Shown here: positions 55,476 through 63,811 of the stretch, in pieces
Numbering within the stretch: position 1 is the stretch's first letter
How the letters are laid out: each line of letters begins with the position of its first letter
Source of the DNA: an uncultured delta proteobacterium
Lineage (GTDB): Bacteria; Desulfobacterota; Binatia; Binatales; Binataceae
DNA length: 64,000 nucleotides
NCBI GenBank assembly: GCA_963801665.1
Contig: CAWDFL010000004.1
Coordinates: 366,590 to 430,589 of the forward strand
Direction: 5' to 3'
The notes under the pieces: generated by a model
Database searches by the model: none
Told to the model about the DNA's origin: nothing
What the model saw: the letters and a program-made list of their open reading frames with translations, nothing else
Program-made: the position numbers and the translations under genes

Positions 55476-55973
55476 ATGGACGTTCAGATCGAGAAACAGG
55501 AGCAGCTTCCCGTACAGTCTCGTGACCCGCTGCGTGCGGAGTGCGACCGGCCCGATCCGTGGTTGAATGTCGGCTTCGCGCCCGATTTTCTGGTCCCATC
55601 CCAATTCTATGATTTGACCCGCAGGCGCAGCGGCCTCGACGGTGAGACTCGCCTGGTCTATGCGGTGCTCGAAGATGCCGTGCGATGCTACGTCAAACAT
55701 GCCGGCGCTACCCATGGGATGCGGCGCGCATTGTTCGACGAAGTCGAGGGATGGTTCCACGCGCAAACGATGGCGGGACCGTTCTCCTTCGCCTATGTAT
55801 GCGACGTGCTCGGCGTCGACCCCGATTTCCTGCGCTCTCAGCTCGCTTCTCTTGGACCCGAGGATCTGCCAACCAAGCAGATGCGTTCTGTGGGACGCCG
55901 TCATGTCGTCCGCTCAGGGCGGAGAAGCTCAGGCCGTAACCGCGCGAGCACTCGTCAGGCAGCCGCCGACTAG
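55476..55973 (+). CDS. hypothetical protein
   Basis: 165 aa with reasonable codon pattern in the central part (..LVYAVLEDAVRCYVKHAG..FDEVEGWF..) and a basic Arg/Ser tail. No family recognised. Confidence 0.4.
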   Translation: MDVQIEKQEQLPVQSRDPLRAECDRPDPWLNVGFAPDFLVPSQFYDLTRRRSGLDGETRLVYAVLEDAVRCYVKHAGATHGMRRALFDEVEGWFHAQTMAGPFSFAYVCDVLGVDPDFLRSQLASLGPEDLPTKQMRSVGRRHVVRSGRRSSGRNRASTRQAAAD

Positions 55974-56131
55974 CGGCGAGCTCGCTTTTCGCGCGAGCGA
56001 TCGTATGCACTATTGCGCGTATGCGCGATGTCGCGTTTGTGCGCCGGAATCGCTGAAAAAATTATCGGACCCCGCTTTCGTTTTGGCCTATGCTTATCAT
56101 AGGCGAAGATTGCCAAAGGAGTTCGATAATC

Positions 56132-56332
56132 ATGCGAAAGCTTTCCGGCGCGGTTCCAATTCTGCTTATCCTGGGCGCGCTAACATTGGTGCCGGCCTGC
56201 GCTTCACAGCAGGCTGAAAACACCACCAACGCGGTCACTAACACAACCGCCGATACCACCAGCTCGCTGTTCAGCGGAATCGAATCGGTCATCCTGTATC
56301 CTTTTCGGCTCATCGGAGATCTGTTTTCTTAA
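56132..56332 (+). CDS. small hypothetical lipoprotein
   Basis: MRKLSGAVPILLILGALTLVPACAS (lipobox) followed by a Thr/Asn-rich stretch. Confidence 0.4.
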   Translation: MRKLSGAVPILLILGALTLVPACASQQAENTTNAVTNTTADTTSSLFSGIESVILYPFRLIGDLFS

Positions 56333-56490
56333 GATTGCGCTCCACTCTCTTGTGGGTCGTCGCGATCATTCCGCGCCGGCCGATTTCGTTTGAGCGCACC
56401 GCATCGATATTGCTAAATCAAACCTGACTGGACCGGGCGACGCCCTCCGTTCTGCGCGCCCGCGCTGCCGGCCGGGACGGGAGAAATAAC

Positions 56491-57275
56491 GTGGTCGAAA
56501 CGACCGAGACCCAGCACGCCGTGGCGGGTACGACGCTCACAATGATCCGCGGCGGCTCCGGCAAGCCGCTTCTGGTTTTTCACGACGAGCTTGGCTACCC
56601 CGGCTGGACCGCGTGGAACGAAAGCCTGGCGCACGAACGAACCCTGCTGATTCCGCTTCAACCCGGCTACGGCAAAACGCCACGCCTGGACTGGATTCGC
56701 AGTTATCGCGATCTGGGCGGTTTCTACGCGCAGGTGCTGCGCGAGATGCGGCTGGACCCGATCGATGTGATTGGATTTCGGCGGGCGGGTTTATCGCGGC
56801 CGAGATGGCGGCGGCGGACCCGAAAATTTTCTCGCGGATGATCCTGGTCGCGCCGATGGGCATCAAGCCGGCCGCGGGCGAGATCCTGGACTTCTTCGCG
56901 ATGACTATCCGCCGCCATCTGCGCGCGACCGTCGCCGATCCGGCAGGCACGCCTGAGTTCACGAAAATATACGGCGGTGAAATGACACCCGAACAGTTCG
57001 AGCTGTTCGAGGACGCCCGTTCCGAAAGCGCGCGGATCGGATGGGAGCCGTACATGCACGACCCCAGCCTGCCCCATCTGCTGCACGGCGTGAAAATCCC
57101 GACACTGCTTATCCGCGGGACGCGCGACAACGTCGTGCCGTCGGGATGTATCGACGGCTACCGCGCGGCGATCGCCGGCGCGCAGGTCGCGCAGATCGAA
57201 GGCGCGGGGCATCGGCCGGAGATAGAAAACTCAGTCGAGTTCGAGCGTATAGTCACTCGATTCCTGGCCGCATAG
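56491..57275 (+). CDS. alpha/beta-fold hydrolase, frame broken at the nucleophile-elbow codon
   Basis: ORF 56491..56841 ends its meaningful part at ..LDPIDVIGF. ORF 56613..57275 continues SAGGFIAAEMAAADPKIFSRMILVAP... Joined, they give the G-x-S-x-G elbow VIGFSAGG. The shift is at the TTT run, 56776-56779. Confidence 0.7.
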
Positions 57276-57299
57276 CCATTGGCAAGTGGAGCCGCGGAA

Positions 57300-58625
57300 A
57301 TGAAGATAGGATATTTCACCGAACGTCCGGCCAGGTGGGTTCCCGAGGACGCGATCCTCAAGAACGAGGCGTATTTCGCGGTCTCGAACAGGTATTTCGA
57401 CCGCGAGCAGGCGGCCACCGACTATAATTATTATCTCGACGAGAACTGCTACGCTGAGGAGCTCGGCTACGATATCGTCGCGCTGAACGAGCATCACGGC
57501 AACCCGTTCTGCATGGGCAGCGTGATGAACGTCGAGGCGGCGATCCTCGCTCGCATCACCAAGCGGGCGAAGATTTGCCTGATCGGCAATCCGCTCCCGG
57601 TGATCAAGCATCCGCTCCGGATGGCCGAAGAGCTGGCCGAGATCGATCTGATCTCGCGCGGACGGATGATCACCGGATGGGTTCGCGGCGCGGGCTCGGA
57701 GCAGTTCTTCAACAACGCCAATCCCGCCTACAACCGCGAGCTGTTCAACGAGGCGCACGATTTTATCGTGCAGGCGTGGACGCGGCCCGGTCCGTGGCGC
57801 TACGAGGGCAAGCATTTTCATTATCGCCACGTAAATCCGTGGGCGTTGCCGTACCAGAAACCGCATCCTCCGTTCTGGATTCCCGGAGTGATCAGCCCCG
57901 AAACCGCGAAATGGTGCGCCGAGCATCGCTATCCGTATATCGGACTCGGCACCGCGCTCGGACCAACCGCCGACCTGTGGGATTTTTATGCCGACGAGGC
58001 GCGCAAGCAGGGCTATCAGGCGGGCCCGGAAAATTTCGGCTACGTGATTCCGACCTTCGTCGCCGAGACAGACGAGCGCGCGCAGGACCTAGGCCGCGGC
58101 TTCGTCTACGGCGGTGGGCAAAATGCATTCTCGCGCACCGAGCACACGCTCCCGCCCGGCTACAATTCGAAGGAGGCGACCCGACGCCTCGCCAAGCAGC
58201 CGCAGGGAAGCTGGCTCGGAGTAAGCGGCGACAAGCTGCGCGGCCATACCGAGGAATCCCAGCAGGTCGATTACGACGAAGTCCGCCGCAAGTTAGCCGC
58301 CGGCCTTCAGAAAGCGCAAAAATCGCTGACGATAGTAATCGGCAGCCCCAAGACGGTAATTCCAAAGTTCAAAACGATCCTGAACGTGCTCCGCCCAGGC
58401 GCTCTGATTATTTTCAGCGTGCAAGGACAGGTGAGCAATCAGGATCGCCAGACCAGCATGCGCCTGATCGCGCAAGAGGTAGTCCCGGCGCTCCGCGAAT
58501 ACGCCCGCGAGATCGATCTCCCCGACGCCTTCGAACGAGTCCCCGGCTCAGTAAAGCTCCAATCCGGCACCAGCCGAATCCCGGTAGCCGATCGCGCCCC
58601 GTTGAAGGAGTTGGGAATTTTGTAA
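57300..58625 (+). CDS. LLM-class (luciferase-like) flavin-dependent oxidoreductase
   Basis: MKIGYFTERPARW...YDIVALNEHHGNPF...LAEIDLISRGRMITGW. About 440 aa. Confidence 0.88.
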   Translation: MKIGYFTERPARWVPEDAILKNEAYFAVSNRYFDREQAATDYNYYLDENCYAEELGYDIVALNEHHGNPFCMGSVMNVEAAILARITKRAKICLIGNPLPVIKHPLRMAEELAEIDLISRGRMITGWVRGAGSEQFFNNANPAYNRELFNEAHDFIVQAWTRPGPWRYEGKHFHYRHVNPWALPYQKPHPPFWIPGVISPETAKWCAEHRYPYIGLGTALGPTADLWDFYADEARKQGYQAGPENFGYVIPTFVAETDERAQDLGRGFVYGGGQNAFSRTEHTLPPGYNSKEATRRLAKQPQGSWLGVSGDKLRGHTEESQQVDYDEVRRKLAAGLQKAQKSLTIVIGSPKTVIPKFKTILNVLRPGALIIFSVQGQVSNQDRQTSMRLIAQEVVPALREYAREIDLPDAFERVPGSVKLQSGTSRIPVADRAPLKELGIL

Positions 58626-58713
58626 CGAAAGCGCCGACACTGACGATCTGATCGCTGTTTATCTTTGTCAATCTGACGGTCGTCGATCTGAGTGCGTCCT
58701 CAGATCTTTGTGT

Positions 58714-59105
58714 GTCATTCCCGCGCGTGGCTGCCGCGCGAGGAATCCCTGATTCGCTTCAACTGTTACCCTCCGATGCATCCACGAACTTACTACGTCT
58801 ACCTCATGAGCAGCCTCTCGCGGACTCTCTATGCCGGCGTAACCAATGATCTCGAACGCCGCGTGCAGGAGCACAAGGACGGCTCTTCCCGTTCTTTCAC
58901 TGCCCGATACAAGATGAACCGCCTCGTGTACTTCGAGGAGTTCGCCGATATCCGAGAGGCAATATCTCGCGAGAACCAACTCAAACAAATGGCGCGTAAA
59001 AGCAAGATCAAGCTGATCGAGTCGATGAATCCGATTGGCGCGATCTGAGCGATGAATGAAAACTCGGGATTCCTCGCGCGCGGCAGCCACGCGCGCGGGA
59101 ATGAC
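58714..59105 (+). mobile_element. GIY-YIG nuclease gene bracketed by inverted copies of the GTCATTCC...GGAATCC hairpin repeat
   Basis: Left arm 58714-58749 is GTCATTCCCGCGCGTGGCTGCCGCGCGAGGAATCCC. Right arm 59066-59105 is GGGATTCCTCGCGCGCGGCAGCCACGCGCGCGGGAATGAC (reverse complement). These are the same repeats as the empty doublet at 8509-8630. Confidence 0.6.
58776..59048 (+). CDS. GIY-YIG nuclease family protein (about 90 aa)
   Basis: MHPRTYYVYLMSSLSRTLYAGVTNDLERRVQEHKDG....FTARYKMNRLVYFEEF..IREAISRENQLKQMARKSK. The track ORF start at 58692 reads through the left repeat and is probably not the real start. Confidence 0.85.
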   Translation: MHPRTYYVYLMSSLSRTLYAGVTNDLERRVQEHKDGSSRSFTARYKMNRLVYFEEFADIREAISRENQLKQMARKSKIKLIESMNPIGAI

Positions 59106-59217
59106 AGAAAGGGCCTTCCCCCCATTTGAACTATCCGGAACCAAAAAACACGCCTGAACAGTTCAGCCCGGCAAACCTTGAATCTCGCCGCCGGACCTAA
59201 TAGGCGTTAGTGTTGCT

Positions 59218-60400
59218 ATGAGCGACATAGAATCATTCCGAAAAGAGACTCGCGCGTGGCTCGAATCCAACTGCCCGCCCGAGATGCGCAAGCCCGCGCA
59301 ATCCGAAGACGACACCTGCTGGGGCGGCCGCCGATGGAAATTCCAATCCGAAGCGCAGCGCCTGTGGCTCGAGCGGATGGCCTCCAAAGGATGGACCGTC
59401 CCCGAATGGCCGCGCGAGTACGGCGGCGGCGGCCTCTCCCGCGACGAGGCCAAAGTCCTGCGCCAGGAGATGCGCGCGCTCGGATGCCGCTCGCCGCTCG
59501 ACAGCTTCGGCATCTGGATGCTCGGGCCGGCGCTGCTCAAGTACGGCTCCGAAGAACAGAAGCGCGAGCATCTGCCGAAAATCGCGCGCGGCGAAATCCG
59601 ATGGTGCCAGGGCTATTCCGAGCCCGGCTCCGGCTCCGACCTCGCCTCGCTCCAGACGCGCGCCGAGGACAAGGGCGATCACTACATCATCAACGGCTCG
59701 AAAATCTGGACCTCGTACGCCGACAAGGCCGACTGGATCTTCTGCCTCGTCCGCACCGATCCCGCCGCGCCCAAACACGAAGGAATCAGCTTCATCCTCT
59801 TCGATATGGAGAGCGCCTGGCGTCTCGACCAAGCCGATCACGCTGATCTCCGGCGCGTCGCCGTTCTGCCAGACCTTCTTCGACGACGTCCTGGTGCCGA
59901 AGGCGAACCTCGTCGGCAAGCTCAACAAGGGATGGGAGATCGCGAAGTACCTGCTGACCCATGAGCGCGACATGATCGGCGGGATGGGCCAGACCTCGGA
60001 AAACCGCTCGCTCGGACAAGCCGCGACCGAGACCGTCGGCGTGGAAAACGGGATCCTCGCCGATCCGGTTTTGCGCAGCCAGATCGCCGCGTTCGAAATC
60101 GACGCGTGGGCCTTTCGCCTCACGATGGAGCGTGTCGGCGACCTAGCGAAAGCCGGCCAAGCGCATCCTGCCGTATCGTCGCTGCTCAAATACTACGGCA
60201 CCGAGCTCAACAAGCGGCGCAACGAGCTGGTGATGTCGGCGGGCGGCGTGAACGCTCTCGAATGGGAAGGCGAGCGCTCGCACAACGGCGCCACCGCGCG
60301 CGCATGGCTGCGCTCGAAAGCAAATTCGATCGAAGGCGGCACCAGCGAAGTCCAGCTAAACATAATCGCCAAGCGCATCCTCGGTTTGCCCGACGCGTAA
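59218..60400 (+). CDS. acyl-CoA dehydrogenase family protein with a 1-nt frame disruption near 59815
   Basis: ORF 59218..59964 is ACAD-like up to ..GISFILFDMES. The frame of ORF 59894..60400, extended upstream, reads PGVSTKPITLISGASPFCQTFFDDVLVPKANLVGKLNKGWEIAKYLL... to the normal C-terminus. Confidence 0.8.
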
Positions 60401-60412
60401 TGACTCTCTTGT

Positions 60413-60488
60413 GTCATTCCGAGCGCGAGCGGGCGATGCATGTCGCGTCGTGCGCGCCACGTCGAACGGCAAGCGTCGCGAGGAATCT
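60413..60488. repeat. longer variant of the GTCATTCC...GGAATC repeat
   Basis: GTCATTCCGAGCGCGAGCGGGCGATGCATGTCGCGTCGTGCGCGCCACGTCGAACGGCAAGCGTCGCGAGGAATCT, in the spacer between the two ACAD genes. Same termini as the 36-42 nt units. Confidence 0.5.
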
Positions 60489-60582
60489 CGCCCTGCGTAC
60501 TTGCAGACGCTCCCCGCTGGATTACGCAGTAACACACGAGTCCTAATCGCAAAAAACACCTATCGCACCCGGATTTTCTGAA

Positions 60583-61722
60583 ATGCCACTAGTCCTGAAC
60601 GACGAACAGACCATGCTCCGCGACAATACGCGCGGCTTCCTCTCCAAGAACGCGCCCGTCGCGCATCTGCGCCAGCTCCGCGACTCTCGCGACAAGACCG
60701 GATTCTCGCGCGAGCTTTGGAAAGAGATGGTCGCGATGGGCCTGTCGGGAATCCTGGTGCCCGCCGATTACGGCGGACTCGGACTCGGTAATGTTGAAGC
60801 CGGAATCGTGATTGAAGAACTCGGGCGCAATCTCACTCCGTCGCCGTTTCTTTCGGCCGCCGTCATCGCCGCGACCGCGCTTACGCACGCTGGCAGTGAA
60901 AAGCAAAAACGCGAATACCTGCCGCGCATCGTCAGCGGCGATCTGATCGCGACGCTCGCCGTCGATGAGACCGCGAAGCATCGTCCGGAAAAAATCGCGC
61001 TGAGCGCCACCCGCTCCGGAAACAACTTCATCCTCGACGGCGAAAAGATCTTCGTCCTCGACGGCCATGTCGCCGATCTACTGATCGTCGCGGCGCGCAC
61101 CTCGGGCGCATCGGGCGATCGCAAGGGAATCACTCTCTTCCTCGTCGACGCGAAAGCAAAAGGCGTATCCGCCGAGCGCATCGAGACGGTCGATAGCCAT
61201 AACGCCGCGCGCATCCGCTTCAGCAAAGTGAGCGTCGGCGCCGATGCGGTGCTCGGCGAGATCGACGCCGGATGGAAACCGCTCGAAGGCGCGCTAAACG
61301 CGGGCCGTGCCGCAGTCGCCGCCGAGCTGACCGGACTCGCCGACGAAGCGTTCGCCCGCACCGTCAGCTATCTGAAAGAGCGCAAACAGTTCGGCAAGGT
61401 GATCGGACAATTCCAGGCACTGCAGCATCGCGCCGCCGTGCTCTACTGCGACCTCGAACTCACGCACGCGGCGGTCTTGAAGGCGCTGCAAACCCTCGAC
61501 GAGTCATTCGACACCGCCGGCGCGATCGTCTCGGTCGCCAAGGCTAAGGCCGGCGCCACCGCGGCGCTCGCGGTGCAGGAAGGCGTGCAGATGCACGGCG
61601 GAATCGGGATGACCGATGAATTCGACATCGGATTGTTCATGAAGCGGGCGCGCGTCGGGCAGGAGCTTTTCGGCGACACGAATTTTCACGCCGACCGGCT
61701 CGCCCGCATGAACCGCTACTGA
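60583..61722 (+). CDS. acyl-CoA dehydrogenase family protein
   Basis: 379 aa with ACAD N-terminal, middle and C-terminal domains (..QFGKVIGQFQALQHRAA.., ..QMHGGIGMTDEFD..). Confidence 0.92.
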   Translation: MPLVLNDEQTMLRDNTRGFLSKNAPVAHLRQLRDSRDKTGFSRELWKEMVAMGLSGILVPADYGGLGLGNVEAGIVIEELGRNLTPSPFLSAAVIAATALTHAGSEKQKREYLPRIVSGDLIATLAVDETAKHRPEKIALSATRSGNNFILDGEKIFVLDGHVADLLIVAARTSGASGDRKGITLFLVDAKAKGVSAERIETVDSHNAARIRFSKVSVGADAVLGEIDAGWKPLEGALNAGRAAVAAELTGLADEAFARTVSYLKERKQFGKVIGQFQALQHRAAVLYCDLELTHAAVLKALQTLDESFDTAGAIVSVAKAKAGATAALAVQEGVQMHGGIGMTDEFDIGLFMKRARVGQELFGDTNFHADRLARMNRY

Positions 61723-62447
61723 TGAGCGCGGGCTTTCAGTCCCGCGGCTTCCTGGACAGCGCCGAGCTCTACGACGCGATCTACCATTTCAAAAACTACG
61801 CGCGCGAATGCGAGCATCTGCGCGGCGTGATCGATGCGGCCGTTCCCGGCGCGCGCACTCTCCTCGACGTCGCGTGCGGCACGGGCGCGCACTCGCAATT
61901 TCTGAAAAATTATTACGCGGTTGACGGGATCGATCGGAACGAAGATTACCTGCGCGCCGCGCGGACGAAAAATCCTGCCGGCAGTTACTCGCGCGCCGAC
62001 ATGACCGGTTTCGATCTCGGCCGCACCTACGACGCCGTCACCTGCCTGTTCAGCGCGATCGGATACGTCGGCACGCTCGAGCGCCTGAATCGCGCGGTCT
62101 CCGCGATGGCGCGGCACGTGCGCCCGGGCGGTGTCCTGATCATCGAGCCGTGGCTGACTCACGACGCGTGGAAACCCGGAGGGCAGTTCATACATTCCGG
62201 ACAACTTCCCGACGGACTCGTGTGCAGGATGAGCCACAGCGGCCAGGAAGGGAATCTATCGGTGCTGCAACTGCACTATCTGCGCGGCACCGTCCGCGGT
62301 ATCGAGCATTTCAACGAACGGATGGAACTCGCGCTCTTCACCCGCGATGAAATGACCGCCGCCTTCGATGCAGCCGCGATGGCAGTCACATACGAGCCCG
62401 AGGGCCTGATGGGGCGCGGACTGTACATCGCGCGCCATCGTACGTGA
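61722..62447 (+). CDS. class I SAM-dependent methyltransferase
   Basis: Motif I LLDVACGTGAHSQFL, and post-I/II segments DGIDRNEDYL and YDAVTCLFSAIGYV. Its start overlaps the upstream stop by 1 nt. Confidence 0.85.
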   Translation: MSAGFQSRGFLDSAELYDAIYHFKNYARECEHLRGVIDAAVPGARTLLDVACGTGAHSQFLKNYYAVDGIDRNEDYLRAARTKNPAGSYSRADMTGFDLGRTYDAVTCLFSAIGYVGTLERLNRAVSAMARHVRPGGVLIIEPWLTHDAWKPGGQFIHSGQLPDGLVCRMSHSGQEGNLSVLQLHYLRGTVRGIEHFNERMELALFTRDEMTAAFDAAAMAVTYEPEGLMGRGLYIARHRT

Positions 62448-62452
62448 TCTGG

Positions 62453-63718
62453 CTATATGGCGACCGATTGCGCGGGCGGTGCGAATTGTTCCTGCTCGCG
62501 CTCGAGGGGCCGCACCCAAAGCATCGCGAGCGCGCAGATGATGAGCATCACGATGAAAGCCGTGATCGCGAGCGCGTAGCTGCCGGTCACGTCGAAAATT
62601 CTTCCGGTCGCGATCGGGCTCGCGAATGCGCCGAAGGTGTAGAATACTCCGGTGATTCCTAGCACCGAGCCGAGCCGCTTGACCCCGAGCGACTCGATCA
62701 TCACCAGCGGCATCTGCACCGCGAACGCACCCGCCGCGAATCCTCCCGCGACGATATTCAGTCCGAGCGCCAGCACGTGCGAAGCACCCAGCATCCCGAA
62801 CATCCCGGCCGTCGCGCCCGCGAACGTGATCACCATAGCGGCGCGAGCGCCGGCGCGGTCGGCGAGCGGACCGCCGAGCAGCGTGCCCGCGGTCGTTCCG
62901 ATCAGGTAAAGGCTCACCGCGGTCGCGGCGAGTGTGGGCGTATAACCGATTCCCGTCAGGTAGGCGATAAAATGCGCGCCCATCCCGGTCGTCAGACCAG
63001 CGAGCGCCTGCACCAGGCAGATGAGCCAGAACGAGCGCGTGCGGCGCGCCTGCGCGAGCTCGAGTCCGGGCAGCACGAGCGGCGCGGCGGCGCGAGCGCG
63101 CGAATCCGCATCGCCGCGGCCGCGCGCGATGTTGCGCGCATCGGCGGATTTGGTGGTCTGCACGAAAATCAGGATCGACGGAACCACGACCAGCAGGATC
63201 GGAAGCGCGAGCACGATATATCCGAAGCGCCAATCTCTCGCTTGAATCGAGTAACTGGCGATCATCGTCATCGCGGCGCCGCCAAGCGTCGCGCCGGAAA
63301 ATGCGATCCCCATCGCAAGTCCGCGCCGCGCCTGAAACCATCCCGCAATAATCAGGGTGGTAGGAATCGTGGTCGAAGCGCCAACGCAGATCCCGAACAG
63401 CCCGTTGATCACGAGAAACTCGGAAAAGGTCGTGGCCTGGCTAAGCCCGAGCCACAACAGACCCACGATCGCGGCGCCGACGATCATCATTTTCTTGGGA
63501 TTCACGCGGTCCGCGATCATCCCGATGAGAGGTCCCGCCGCGCCGCCGGTAATCCATCCGATCGAAACCGCGACCGAGAGCTTCGCGCGGGTCCATCCAA
63601 AGGTCTTGAGCACGGGGACGAAGAACACCGCGCCGCAATTGATTCCGCCCCAGATGAAAAACATCGTGACGAAAATCGCGCCAACGATGATCCATCCCTG
63701 CCGTTCCCGAATCGTCAT
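62453..63718 (-). CDS. MFS transporter
   Basis: 421 aa, 12 predicted TM helices, MFS loop motif GMIADRVNPKKMM. Confidence 0.88.
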   Translation of the reverse strand: MTIRERQGWIIVGAIFVTMFFIWGGINCGAVFFVPVLKTFGWTRAKLSVAVSIGWITGGAAGPLIGMIADRVNPKKMMIVGAAIVGLLWLGLSQATTFSEFLVINGLFGICVGASTTIPTTLIIAGWFQARRGLAMGIAFSGATLGGAAMTMIASYSIQARDWRFGYIVLALPILLVVVPSILIFVQTTKSADARNIARGRGDADSRARAAAPLVLPGLELAQARRTRSFWLICLVQALAGLTTGMGAHFIAYLTGIGYTPTLAATAVSLYLIGTTAGTLLGGPLADRAGARAAMVITFAGATAGMFGMLGASHVLALGLNIVAGGFAAGAFAVQMPLVMIESLGVKRLGSVLGITGVFYTFGAFASPIATGRIFDVTGSYALAITAFIVMLIICALAMLWVRPLEREQEQFAPPAQSVAI

Positions 63719-63811
63719 GCGGCTCCCCGCGCAAGCCTTCGCCCACGCGGACCGGATAGTAGCACGGGTCCCGCAAAGCGCCAGCCAGCGGAATCAAGCG
63801 CGGCACTCTGA

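Noticed and set aside
62256-63811. ORFs 62256..63341(-) and 62777..63811(+)
   Set aside because: Alternative or mirror frames of the MFS transporter gene. Both are Arg/Asp-rich with no TM pattern.
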